This document shows, in pieces, positions 37,794 through 47,872 of a DNA stretch of 64,000 nucleotides. The stretch is from positions 882 through 64,881 of the forward strand of contig CAMJFY010000007.1 of assembly GCA_946405105.1 (NCBI GenBank), written 5' to 3'. The stretch's first letter is position 1. Every line of letters begins with the position of its first letter. The DNA is from an uncultured Bacillales bacterium. Lineage in GTDB: Bacteria > Bacillota_I > Bacilli_A > Acholeplasmatales > Anaeroplasmataceae. The notes under the pieces are model-generated. The model searched no databases and was not told where the DNA came from. It saw only the letters and a list, made by a program, of their open reading frames with translations. The position numbers and the translations under genes were made by a program.

Positions 37794-38993
37794 ATGATTG
37801 AATTTCTAAGAAGAAAATTCATTAAAAATTATAAAAAAGTAAATAATGAGCATGTAAGAATTGCCCATGGTAAAATGGCTGCAATAATCGGAATAATATC
37901 AAACCTTATATTATTCTTGATTAAATTATTAATTGGTATATTTACATTTAGTATTTCAATCATTGCAGATTCTATTAATAACTTATCAGATATGGCATCT
38001 AGTGTAGCAACATTAATTGGCTTCCATTTAGCTGGAAAGCCAGCTGATAAGGAGCACCCATATGGTCATGAAAGAATAGAATATGTAACAGGATTAATTA
38101 TTTCATTAATAGTTGTTATTGTAGGTACTGTTTTATTAATAACATCAATATATAAGCTAATTAATTTTAAAACAGAAGATATTAATGAATTATTAACATA
38201 TATCTCTCTTGCAGTATTATGCATTGCGATATTATTAAAGGTATGTCAATTCTTATCTTATAGAAAAATAGCTAAAATAATTAATTCAGTTGCTCTTAGG
38301 GCAACTGCTCAGGATTCATTAAATGATTGTATATCTACAGGTGCTGTATTAATTGGAACAATTGTTATATTAATTCTTTATAAGAATAATATTACATTAC
38401 CATTCTCAATTGATGGTATCTTAGGTATATTTGTATCTATCTTTATTATTATTTCTGGTATTAAGCTATTAAAGGATGAAATTAATCCATTAATTGGTGT
38501 ACCAGTTTCAAAAAGCTATGTTAATGAAATTAATAAATTCATTAAGAAGCATGATATAGTTTTAGGTACACATGATATTATTTGTCACATGTATGGACCT
38601 ACAAAATGCTATATGACAATACATATAGAAGTAGATTCTAGATTAAGCCTCGTTGATGTTCATGATAAAATTGATGAAATTGAAATGAAGGTAAAAGAAA
38701 AATATAATGTTATTTTAACAACACATATGGATCCTATTATCTTTGGTGATGCTGAATTAGATAATATTAAAAAAGCTTTAGATGAAATATTATCTAAGAT
38801 AGATTCTAAGATTGATTATCATGATATTAGATTAATAAAATCATCAAATAAGCTTTTATTTGATATAGACCTAAATTATGATGTAGAAATTAGTGAAGAT
38901 GAAATAACTAAAATAATTCAAAATGAGCTAGCAAATAGATTTAATAAAGAATATAATGTCATTATTAATTATGACTATCCATTTACAGAATAA
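37794..38993 (+). CDS. cation diffusion facilitator (CDF) family transporter
   Basis: AGGTGA precedes ATG 37794. IIADSINNLSDMAS, DKEHPYGHERIEY, six TM segments, C-terminal cytoplasmic domain. Confidence 0.85.
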   Translation: MIEFLRRKFIKNYKKVNNEHVRIAHGKMAAIIGIISNLILFLIKLLIGIFTFSISIIADSINNLSDMASSVATLIGFHLAGKPADKEHPYGHERIEYVTGLIISLIVVIVGTVLLITSIYKLINFKTEDINELLTYISLAVLCIAILLKVCQFLSYRKIAKIINSVALRATAQDSLNDCISTGAVLIGTIVILILYKNNITLPFSIDGILGIFVSIFIIISGIKLLKDEINPLIGVPVSKSYVNEINKFIKKHDIVLGTHDIICHMYGPTKCYMTIHIEVDSRLSLVDVHDKIDEIEMKVKEKYNVILTTHMDPIIFGDAELDNIKKALDEILSKIDSKIDYHDIRLIKSSNKLLFDIDLNYDVEISEDEITKIIQNELANRFNKEYNVIINYDYPFTE

Positions 38994-38997
38994 AATA

Positions 38998-39030
38998 GGA
39001 ACATAATAAAATTATGTTCTTTTTTCTTTT
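38998..39030 (+). terminator. rho-independent terminator
   Basis: GGAACATAAT aaa ATTATGTTCT TTTTTCTTTTT. Confidence 0.8.
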
Positions 39031-39112
39031 TCATTCATTTTCAAATAGTAAAATGGTTTATACGATGCTATAATGAAAATACACACTCAATTTAGATTTA
39101 GGGAGAATTACT

Positions 39113-42100
39113 ATGGAAAATATTGTAAACAATGTAGAAGAAAATAACGAAATAGTAGAAATAAATGATATTTCAATAGATGTATCTGTTGAAAAGAATT
39201 TTTCGTACGCAAATTATCATACTGATTCAAGATTAAAGGTAGAGACATATACTAAAAATACCTCATATTCATTTATTCATTCTATTTCAATAACAAATAA
39301 CACAGAAAATGAATATAATGATTTAAAGCTAACATTTACTTTTTCTCATCAAGCCTTCCATACATTTGATATCCATATTAATTCGTTAAATAAAAATGAA
39401 ACAAAGGATATCTCAAATCCTTTTTTAATTGTTGATAAGGTAATGCTAGATAATATTTTAGAGCCAGAGGCAGCATGCCTAAAGGTTAGCATTAGTGATA
39501 ATGAAAGATTAATATCTGAACAAGAAATACCTTTTAATATCTTACCTATTTCACAGCTAGCATTTGAAGAAGATGAATATATAGATGAAAGAATGTATGC
39601 TAAATTCGTAACGCCTCTAGCATCCAAAGTAAAACAAATAACAATTGATGCTGAAGCATTATTAAAAAGATCTTTAGTAGGTTATCAAAATACTGACAAG
39701 AATAAGCTATTAGAGGAGGTAGAGGCAATTTATACTGCCCTACATAATTATGGTATTATTTATCAAAATCCACCCGCAAAGAGATATTCTGTTCAAAGAA
39801 TCAGAATGCCTGAGGAGGTATTAAATGATAGAAAGGGTACATGTATAGATTTATCTATATTATTTGCCGCATGCCTAGAGGAGATTGGTTTAAACCCAAT
39901 TATTCAATTTGGTGAGGGTCATGCCCTAGCTGGTTTATTCTTAAATGATATAGAAGATGAAAATACAGAAATACCTACAGTTATTTTTGAAAATGGTATA
40001 GAAAAAAGAGAAGAGGTTATTAGAAACCTTGTAGGTAATAAAATATTAGTAATAGATGCAGTATGCCTTGTTTCTAATGAATCTACATCATTTCAACAAG
40101 CTATTAATAATGGTAAAGATTATGTCATGAGAAATTATGGCAAATATTTTAAAGCTATAGATATTAAGACTTGTCATTTAAGTGCATTCTCACCTATTCC
40201 TTGTGTAGGTAAGGGTGATGAAATAATTGAAAGAATTGATCCTTTAACATTAGTAGAAAGAAAAACTGAAGAAATTTCTAATGAAAAATTTATTAATGTA
40301 TTAAGACCAGAAGAAAAGACTAGATTTACATTCTGGGAAAGAAAATTATTAGATTTATCTGAAATAAATCCATTAGTTAATATTAATATTAATAATATGC
40401 ATATAATAAGAATTATTAGTGAAAATCCTATTTATGAAGCAATATTTAAAAATGATGTTTTAGAATTATCTACAGATTTTTTAGTTAAAGCTAAAAGAGG
40501 AAAAGATGATTCATTTGTTAAGGGCGCATTTGATTATGTAACATCAAATCCTGACACAAAGCCATCGTTCTTTAATCCTGTAATATCAAATAAGGATTTA
40601 TTATATGGTGTAGGCTTTGAAACAACTTTAGAACAAATGATTAAAAAATCAAATGCTTCAATGGATGAAACAGGAGCTCAAACATTATTTATTTGTTTCG
40701 GTCTATTATCATATAGAAGAAAGAATGGTAAGGCAGGACAAGCACCATTTATTATTCTTCCTGTTGAAAAGCTAGTTAAATCTAAGGTTGGAAATAAATA
40801 TTATATTTCAATTGATATTGATGATTTTATGGTTAACCAAACATTCTTTGAATATTATAAGAATGAACATCCAGGTAGTGATTTTAGTGAATTATATTCA
40901 GTATCAGCTACTGATGGATATATGAATATAGTTAATACATTTAAAGCTAATTCAGATATTAGATTAGAAGAAAAGGCTGTCTTTATTTCTAATTTATCAT
41001 TTAGCCACTATATCATGTGGTCTGATATAAGAAAAAGACAAGAATCATTAAAAGAAAATAAAATAATTGAAAGTATTATAGAAAATAAAAATTTATTAAA
41101 TGAAAAAATGGATTATGAGAATGAAGCAATTGATGATGTTGAAAAATATGCTGATTTTGCTGCCCCATTACCTTATGATTCAACTCAGCTTCTAGCAATC
41201 CTAGAATCAGGCAATGGAAAATCATTTATTCTTGATGGACCTCCAGGTACAGGAAAGAGCCAAACAATTGTTAATATGATTGTTAATGCCTTTTATCATG
41301 GAAAGAGTGTATTATTCGTAGCCGAGAAGAAGGCTGCCCTAGATGTAGTTTATGATAGATTAGAAAAGATAAAATTATCTAGATTTGTGTTAGAGCTTCA
41401 CTCTAATAAGGCTAACAAGGATAATTTCTATAATAAGCTTGCAGAATCAATGGAATTTGGCCCTACAAAGGCTCCATTTGAATTCAATGTAAATTGTATC
41501 GACCTAGAGAAAAAAAGAGATGATTTAAGAGAAATCATCACTAAAATGCATGGAAGAAATGAATATTTCTATTCTTTATATGATTCAATTGTTTCTTATG
41601 AGAGATTAAAGCTAAATGAATTTGATTATTATATTAGATTAGATGAATTATTCTTAAGATCATTAGATAATAATAAATTTAAAGATATTAATAATTTAAT
41701 TGATAAATATATCCATTTATCAAAGAGTATTACAGATTATGAAAATAATCCATTTAGATTCTTAGATATTATTAATATTAGATTCTCTGATAAAAATCAA
41801 ATAATGGATGAATTAAAGAATGCGAAAGTATTATTTGAAGAATTTATAAAATCATATGATGAATTAGCTAAATCAATAGAATTGGATTTAGAAAAAACAC
41901 CTAAAAATATTGATTTATTAATTAATAATTTAGATATTGTTATTAATAATAAGCTATATATTGATTCTATTTATGAATTTGATAATGATGAATTTAATGA
42001 TATAGCATTTAAGACATTTGATTTAGGATTAGAATTAAATCAATTTATTGAAGCTAATAAAAATAAATATAAATTTGAATTATTTAAGGATATTGATTCT

Positions 42101-44959
42101 GATTCATTATTAAATGAATTAGATAATACAACAGGATTCTTTAAAAAGATTTCATTAAAGATGAAGCTAAAGAAGATAATATCTAATTTATTAAATGAAA
42201 AATATAAGAAAAATGATATTAAGAAATATTTATCTGATGTTAAATATTATAATGATAATATTAAAGAAATATCTAAGAATAATGAAGATATTTCAAAACT
42301 AATAAGTTTAGATTATTTATCTAATTTAGATAAGACTGAGTCAATTAAGAATCAATATTTTAATTCAATATTATTTATTAAGAATTTAAAGAAGATTGAA
42401 TCTCATTATTCAATTGATTTCATTTTAAATATATTAAAATCTCAAATTAATAATGAAAAGATTAAATTTATATTTAATAATTTAAAGCCTAAATATTTTA
42501 ATTTTAAAGAAAATGAAAAGCTAATATTAGGTGAAAAATATTTATTAAATTATAAGATGATGGAATTATCTAATCCATTTGATAGATATGTTGAATTCTT
42601 AGATTACGCTACTGATGTAAATAATTTCAGTGAAATGCTAAATATCGCATCTATTAATTCAATTGTTAAAGCATTAAATGATAATAATATGTCAAGCTTT
42701 ATCATTGATTTAAAGAATAATAAATTTAATATTGATGATTTTAAAGATTTCTTTGAATGGTCAATTGTTAATGGATTATTAGAATTATATTTTAAGGATG
42801 ATACTATTAATTATTTCAATGCTGAAAGCTTCGCATATGAAATAGATAAATATAGAGATTGTATTAAAAAATATTCTTCAAGTGTAATAGAAGAGGTATC
42901 AGCTAGATTATCAGCTAAGCTAGATTATAATTCAATTGATTATAAGGCTTCATCATCTATAGGACAATTAAAGAAGATATTCTCTATGAAGAGAAATAAG
43001 CCTTCAATTAGAGAAACATTATTAAAATATGATGATATCATTAAGAGCTTTTTCCCATGCTTCTTAATGTCTCCACTTTCTGCTGCCCAATATTTATCAG
43101 TAGATGGTGATGCATCTAAATTTGATATAGTAATATTTGATGAGGCATCACAAATCCCTACACATGAGGCTGTAGGACCTATAGCTAGAGGTAAATCATT
43201 AATTGTTGCCGGAGACCCTAAGCAAATGCCACCATCTTCATATTTCAATTCTGAGGTACAAATATCAGAAGATGATATTGAATTTGAGGATTCTGCGTCA
43301 TTATTAGATGAATGTATAGCAATTGATTTACCAAGAATTAGATTAAATTATCATTATAGAAGTCAGCATGAATCTTTAATTTCATTCTCTAATCAAAATT
43401 TCTATAAAAATGATTTATATACATTCCCTTCACCTTCAACTAAAAAGAGTGAGGTATTATTCCATTATGTAAAATTAAATGAGAATAAGAAATCTAGTGT
43501 ATTATCTAATGACGAGCTAGAAGCTATTTGGGAAGAGGTAGAAAAGATATATAAGGATAAGAGAACATGTGAAAAATCATTAGGTATAATTGTATTTAAT
43601 GTTATTCAAAAGCAAGCTCTTGATTCTTATATTGAAAGAAAGCTATCAGCTAATCCTGAAATAAAAGAAGCATTATTAAAGGCTGAAGATAAAACTAAGG
43701 AGCCATTATTTATTAAATCACTTGAAAATGTTCAGGGTGATGAAAGAGATATTATTATTTTATCTGTTGGATTTAGATTAAATTATCAAGGACATCCTAA
43801 TATTAATGGTCCTCTTGCCGCTACAAATGGTGAAAGAAGATTAAATGTTGCCGCATCTAGATCTAAATATAGAATGATTATAGTTTCTACTATAAAATAT
43901 AGTGATTTTGAATCTGATGATGCCCTAAAGAAAAATAAAAATAATGGAGCATCTTATTTAAAGAAGCTTATATATTATGCTGAAAATTCAGCATTTGAAT
44001 TAGAATCATTAAACAAAAAAGAAGATAATTCTATAGTTTCATTTATTAAAAATGACTTAGAGGCATTAGGGTATAATATTGATACTAATGTTGGTTTATC
44101 TAACTATAAGGTTGATATCGCAATTAAATCAAGTGATGGATCATCTTATATTTTAGGTGTATTAATTGATAATAGTGATGTTTCAGAATTAACATCAATT
44201 AGAGATGAATTATATTTAACTGAATCATTCTTAAGTGATGCCTTAAATTGGAATTTAATTAATATTTATACAATTGAATATTTCAAAAATCCAAAGAGAA
44301 TAATTGATTATATTATTTCAAGTATAGGAACAACTACTAAAAAGGTATCTAATTATGAAATAGATCCTAATATTGTTCAAGTAGAAAAATCAGAAAGAAA
44401 TGATTATCAATATAATACAGTTGAATATAATAAGGTAGATAATTTAATACCTTTATCATATTCAAGTGAATATGGATTTAATCCATCAAATATAAGAAAG
44501 AATTTACAAAAAATAATAGATGTAGAAGGCCCTGTTTCCTATAACATAATTAAAAATTATATTAATGATTGTACAGAAAATTTAGCTAAAATAGGCACTA
44601 AGGCAGATAAATTTATTAGATTAGAGCTAGATTTTGTTTTAGCTAATAAAACTACTGACCTAGATTCAAATGGAAAGCCAATTGATTTCTATTGGCCTAA
44701 GGATGTTAATTATAATTTATCATTCTTTAGAATAAGTGATAGAGATATAAATGATATTCCAAAGGAAGAAATTGCAGCATGCATGAAGCAAATATTAAAG
44801 CTTCAGGGAAAGATATCTTTAGATGACCTATTTAAGGCAACATTAGAGGTATTAAAATATGGTGATGCGATTGTTAATAAGAAGAATAAATCAAAGTTAC
44901 TTCAAGCTTATAAATTCGGCTTTGAGGCTGGCTTTTTAGAGGATTTGTCTAATGATTAA
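39113..44959 (+). CDS. giant DUF4011 / Upf1-like SF1 helicase / REase-like / DUF3320 protein with an N-terminal transglutaminase-like domain (Hhe-like defence candidate)
   Basis: 1948 aa. Cys-His-Asp arrangement: KGTC(244)IDLSILFAACLEEIGLNP, GEGHALAG, LVIDAVC. DUF4011-like WERKLLDLSEINPLVN. Walker A GPPGTGKS (nt 41237-41260), VIFDEASQ, AGDPKQMPP, YHYRSQHESL, VQGDERD, RRLNVAASRS. Nuclease-like GYNIDTNVGLSNYKVDIAIK. Confidence 0.75.
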   Translation: MENIVNNVEENNEIVEINDISIDVSVEKNFSYANYHTDSRLKVETYTKNTSYSFIHSISITNNTENEYNDLKLTFTFSHQAFHTFDIHINSLNKNETKDISNPFLIVDKVMLDNILEPEAACLKVSISDNERLISEQEIPFNILPISQLAFEEDEYIDERMYAKFVTPLASKVKQITIDAEALLKRSLVGYQNTDKNKLLEEVEAIYTALHNYGIIYQNPPAKRYSVQRIRMPEEVLNDRKGTCIDLSILFAACLEEIGLNPIIQFGEGHALAGLFLNDIEDENTEIPTVIFENGIEKREEVIRNLVGNKILVIDAVCLVSNESTSFQQAINNGKDYVMRNYGKYFKAIDIKTCHLSAFSPIPCVGKGDEIIERIDPLTLVERKTEEISNEKFINVLRPEEKTRFTFWERKLLDLSEINPLVNININNMHIIRIISENPIYEAIFKNDVLELSTDFLVKAKRGKDDSFVKGAFDYVTSNPDTKPSFFNPVISNKDLLYGVGFETTLEQMIKKSNASMDETGAQTLFICFGLLSYRRKNGKAGQAPFIILPVEKLVKSKVGNKYYISIDIDDFMVNQTFFEYYKNEHPGSDFSELYSVSATDGYMNIVNTFKANSDIRLEEKAVFISNLSFSHYIMWSDIRKRQESLKENKIIESIIENKNLLNEKMDYENEAIDDVEKYADFAAPLPYDSTQLLAILESGNGKSFILDGPPGTGKSQTIVNMIVNAFYHGKSVLFVAEKKAALDVVYDRLEKIKLSRFVLELHSNKANKDNFYNKLAESMEFGPTKAPFEFNVNCIDLEKKRDDLREIITKMHGRNEYFYSLYDSIVSYERLKLNEFDYYIRLDELFLRSLDNNKFKDINNLIDKYIHLSKSITDYENNPFRFLDIINIRFSDKNQIMDELKNAKVLFEEFIKSYDELAKSIELDLEKTPKNIDLLINNLDIVINNKLYIDSIYEFDNDEFNDIAFKTFDLGLELNQFIEANKNKYKFELFKDIDSDSLLNELDNTTGFFKKISLKMKLKKIISNLLNEKYKKNDIKKYLSDVKYYNDNIKEISKNNEDISKLISLDYLSNLDKTESIKNQYFNSILFIKNLKKIESHYSIDFILNILKSQINNEKIKFIFNNLKPKYFNFKENEKLILGEKYLLNYKMMELSNPFDRYVEFLDYATDVNNFSEMLNIASINSIVKALNDNNMSSFIIDLKNNKFNIDDFKDFFEWSIVNGLLELYFKDDTINYFNAESFAYEIDKYRDCIKKYSSSVIEEVSARLSAKLDYNSIDYKASSSIGQLKKIFSMKRNKPSIRETLLKYDDIIKSFFPCFLMSPLSAAQYLSVDGDASKFDIVIFDEASQIPTHEAVGPIARGKSLIVAGDPKQMPPSSYFNSEVQISEDDIEFEDSASLLDECIAIDLPRIRLNYHYRSQHESLISFSNQNFYKNDLYTFPSPSTKKSEVLFHYVKLNENKKSSVLSNDELEAIWEEVEKIYKDKRTCEKSLGIIVFNVIQKQALDSYIERKLSANPEIKEALLKAEDKTKEPLFIKSLENVQGDERDIIILSVGFRLNYQGHPNINGPLAATNGERRLNVAASRSKYRMIIVSTIKYSDFESDDALKKNKNNGASYLKKLIYYAENSAFELESLNKKEDNSIVSFIKNDLEALGYNIDTNVGLSNYKVDIAIKSSDGSSYILGVLIDNSDVSELTSIRDELYLTESFLSDALNWNLINIYTIEYFKNPKRIIDYIISSIGTTTKKVSNYEIDPNIVQVEKSERNDYQYNTVEYNKVDNLIPLSYSSEYGFNPSNIRKNLQKIIDVEGPVSYNIIKNYINDCTENLAKIGTKADKFIRLELDFVLANKTTDLDSNGKPIDFYWPKDVNYNLSFFRISDRDINDIPKEEIAACMKQILKLQGKISLDDLFKATLEVLKYGDAIVNKKNKSKLLQAYKFGFEAGFLEDLSND

Positions 44960-45845
44960 AATAGATTTAATTACAGGTTTTTTAGGCGCAGGAAAGACTA
45001 CATTTATTAAGAAATATGCTAAATATTTAATAGATAGTGGATTAAATATTTGTATATTAGAAAATGATTTTGGTCCTATTAATATCGATATGATGTTATT
45101 AGACTGTTTGGATTGTGATAAAGAAATGGTCTCTGGTGGCTGTGATTATGATTGTCATTTTAGAAGATTTAAAACGAAGCTTATTCAAATGGCTTTAAAA
45201 AGATATGATAGAGTAATTGTAGAGCCATCAGGACTATTTCATACTGATGAATTCTTTGATGCATTATATGAAGAACCCTTAGATTCATTATATGAAATAG
45301 GTAATATTTTTTGTATATATGATTTTAATACAAAAAATTTATCTGATGAGGCTAAATCATTTTTAGCATCAGAATTATGTGTGGCATCTAAAATAATTGT
45401 TTCTAAAGATGAAGAGAATAAGAAGCTAGATACTACATATATTAATGAAATATTAAATGAATTTAATTCTGATCGAATAATTACTGATGATGATGTTGTA
45501 TATAATAATTCATTAAATTTTGAAGAATTAATTAAATCAGGATATCATTCATCAAGTACAAGAAAAATAATAGATAGCTCTAATAAATTTGATTCTATTT
45601 ATTTTCTAGAAAATAAGATGAGCTTAGAACAAATAAAAGAAAAAGCTAAAATATTATTTAATGATAAGTCATATGGTAATGTAAAAAGAATTAAAGGATT
45701 TATAAAAGATAATGATAAATGGGTAAGAATTAATTTGACTAATGAGAATTTTGAAATTAAAAATAATTCAATTGGACAAGAGGTATTTATCGTTATTGGA
45801 GAAGATTTAAATAAAGAAAAAATAAATGATTTATTTATGTTATAA
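44952..45845 (+). CDS. COG0523 (CobW/G3E)-family GTPase with degenerate metal-binding and specificity motifs
   Basis: LITGFLGAGKTTFIKKY P-loop and ILENDFGPINID. GGCDYDC replaces the usual CxCC, VEPSG is the switch II box, and SKDE replaces NKxD. It overlaps the helicase gene by 8 nt. Confidence 0.7.
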   Translation: MIKIDLITGFLGAGKTTFIKKYAKYLIDSGLNICILENDFGPINIDMMLLDCLDCDKEMVSGGCDYDCHFRRFKTKLIQMALKRYDRVIVEPSGLFHTDEFFDALYEEPLDSLYEIGNIFCIYDFNTKNLSDEAKSFLASELCVASKIIVSKDEENKKLDTTYINEILNEFNSDRIITDDDVVYNNSLNFEELIKSGYHSSSTRKIIDSSNKFDSIYFLENKMSLEQIKEKAKILFNDKSYGNVKRIKGFIKDNDKWVRINLTNENFEIKNNSIGQEVFIVIGEDLNKEKINDLFML

Positions 45846-45853
45846 TTAAATCA

Positions 45854-46408
45854 ATGAAAGGGGGGGATAAAAAATTGAAAAATACATCAAATATTATGTA
45901 TAAGATTGGAAAGATCTTAAATATTATTGCTTTACCAGTTTTATTAATAGTTATGATTGTTGGAACATTTTTACTTGTGTTTGGAGGCTTAAGTTTAGCA
46001 GCTGTAGCAGCTGAAAATAGTTCAAGTGCTACTGGTAGTAGTATCAGTTTTAGCGATAAGCTTGATGAAGAAACAGCTGCAGTTTTCATGTTAAATGGTA
46101 TCTATATGTTAGTTTTAGGTTTTGTTTTAATAGTTTTCGAAATTGTAGCATTAGTTGTTTGTACTAAAAAACATAATTTAATCAAAGCTGGAAATACTGA
46201 GCCATCACCTAGAGTATTTTTAATTGTATTTGGAGCTTTAAGTGAAAATATTTTCTATATCTTAGCAGGTATTTTCAGCTTAGTAGCAAGATCACAAGAA
46301 GCTAGTGGTAATACTGTAGTTGAAAACAAGATAGAGACAACTTCTGAAAAGGAAGTAGTTGAAGGTGAAGTTGTTAAGGATGAACCTAAAAAGGTTGATG
46401 CTGAATAA
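45854..46408 (+). CDS. small integral membrane protein (4 TM) with an acidic C-terminal tail
   Basis: Four hydrophobic segments. The start is uncertain: ATG 45854, TTG 45875 after GGGGGGA, or ATG 45896. Confidence 0.55.
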   Translation: MKGGDKKLKNTSNIMYKIGKILNIIALPVLLIVMIVGTFLLVFGGLSLAAVAAENSSSATGSSISFSDKLDEETAAVFMLNGIYMLVLGFVLIVFEIVALVVCTKKHNLIKAGNTEPSPRVFLIVFGALSENIFYILAGIFSLVARSQEASGNTVVENKIETTSEKEVVEGEVVKDEPKKVDAE

Positions 46409-46428
46409 TTAATAACAACAATAAAAAG

Positions 46429-46456
46429 ATAGGTCTATATAGGCCTATTTTTTTGT
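46429..46456 (+). terminator. rho-independent terminator
   Basis: ATAGGTCT atat AGGCCTAT TTTTTTGTTT. Confidence 0.75.
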
Positions 46457-46492
46457 TTACTAATAATAAAATTATTACATTAGATTTTTTTG

Positions 46493-46598
46493 TTGCATAA
46501 TATGAAATTTTATGATAAAATGAAAAAGCATTTCGAGTAAATGCCCTTGCTTAACTTAACTATGTTAAGCCGGAAGTCCAAAAGGAGGTTAACAAAAG
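46493..46598 (+). promoter_or_regulatory. rpsF operon promoter plus structured 5' leader (candidate S6:S18 autoregulatory element)
   Basis: TTGCAT 46493-46498, 17 nt, then TGaTAAAAT ending at 46521. The leader carries the hairpins GCATTT cgagt AAATGC and CTTAAC ttaactat GTTAAG, next to CCGGAAG and the SD. Confidence 0.45.
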
Positions 46599-46886
46599 AT
46601 GAAAAAGTATGAAGTAATGTACATTCTACGTTCTAATCTTGACGCTGATGCTATTAAGGCAGAAGTTGAAGCTGCAAAGAATATTTTCACTTCAAATGGT
46701 GCAAAGGTTTTAGAGGAAAAAGAATGGGGTTTTAGAGAGCTAGCATACGAAATCGATCATAATAAGAAAGGTTATTATGTATGGATGTTAGTTGAAGCTC
46801 CTGTAGAAGCAGTTAACGAATTCAATCGTATTGCAGGCTACAGCGAAAAGATTATTCGTCACATCGTAGTAAAAGATGGAGAATAA
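46599..46886 (+). CDS. rpsF: 30S ribosomal protein S6
   Basis: MKKYEVMYILRSNLD...WGFRELAYEI. Confidence 0.95.
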   Translation: MKKYEVMYILRSNLDADAIKAEVEAAKNIFTSNGAKVLEEKEWGFRELAYEIDHNKKGYYVWMLVEAPVEAVNEFNRIAGYSEKIIRHIVVKDGE

Positions 46887-46905
46887 TTAAGGGAGGTAAT
46901 GATTC

Positions 46906-47397
46906 ATGAATAAAGTATTATTAACAGGAAGAATTACTAAAGACCCAGAAATCCGTTATACATCTAATGGTATTGCAAATTTATTATTTACTTTAGCAGT
47001 AGATAGTAGCCAAAGAGATGCAAACGGTAATAGGCAAGCATTTTTCATTTCATGCGTTGCCTGGGGACAACAAGCTGATTTTATGTCACGCTATGTTAAA
47101 AAAGGAAATATGTTAGCAATTACTGGTAGAATTCAAACTAGAAGCTACCAAGATCAAACTGGTGCACAACACTATGTTACAGAAGTTGTTGTTGAAGCAA
47201 TTGAGAATTTATCTCCAAGAGATCCTAATCAAGCTCAACCACAACAAGGCAATTTCCAACAACCCCAACAAAATCCATATCAAGGATATAACAATCCAAG
47301 CTATGGACAACCTCAACAATCTTATCAACAACCAAACAGCAATGAAGCTCCAAAGAGCTTTGATGTAAATGTTGATGATGAAGAGTTACCATTTTAA
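46906..47397 (+). CDS. ssb: single-stranded DNA-binding protein
   Basis: MNKVLLTGRITKDPEIRYT OB fold, Q/P-rich linker, acidic tip DDEELPF. Confidence 0.95.
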   Translation: MNKVLLTGRITKDPEIRYTSNGIANLLFTLAVDSSQRDANGNRQAFFISCVAWGQQADFMSRYVKKGNMLAITGRIQTRSYQDQTGAQHYVTEVVVEAIENLSPRDPNQAQPQQGNFQQPQQNPYQGYNNPSYGQPQQSYQQPNSNEAPKSFDVNVDDEELPF

Positions 47398-47418
47398 TTT
47401 GTGAAAGGAGAAAATATC

Positions 47419-47670
47419 ATGCAAAATACTGAAAAGAGAAGCCGTGACAATAATCAACGTCGTGGTAGAAAGAAAGTTTGTTATTTTACAGCAAACAAGA
47501 TTGAACATATAGATTTTAAAGATGTAGATTTATTAAAGAAGTTTATCTCTGATAGAGGCAAAATCTTACCTAGAAGAGCAACTGGTACATCTGCAAAATA
47601 TCAAAGAAAGCTTGCTATCGCTATTAAGAGAGCAAGACATATGGCATTATTACCATTCGTTAAAGACTAA
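47419..47670 (+). CDS. rpsR: 30S ribosomal protein S18
   Basis: AAAGGAG precedes ATG 47419. [40 protein letters not shown]. Confidence 0.95.
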   Translation: MQNTEKRSRDNNQRRGRKKVCYFTANKIEHIDFKDVDLLKKFISDRGKILPRRATGTSAKYQRKLAIAIKRARHMALLPFVKD

Positions 47671-47872
47671 TTAATATGTGTTGTGAAGTGACACAATCAC
47701 TCGCAAGAAAATGACATAAAACATAAGTATGAATGACCTTGTCAGAAATGATGAGGTCTTTTATTTTTGCCTTAATTAGGAAAGGAAGTGAATATGTGAA
47801 AAAATATCTTTATAATGAATAATTATTTGATAATGTATCACAACTGTGATACAATAAAAATAGGTGATAAAT

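Noticed and set aside
41500-42900. Extremely A+T-rich, repetitive-looking stretch inside the giant helicase gene, considered as a repeat array or insertion element
   Set aside because: The reading frame stays open and encodes an Asn/Lys/Ile-rich insertion between helicase motifs I/Ia and II. No exact DNA repeats or spacer periodicity are visible, so it is not a CRISPR array or IS.
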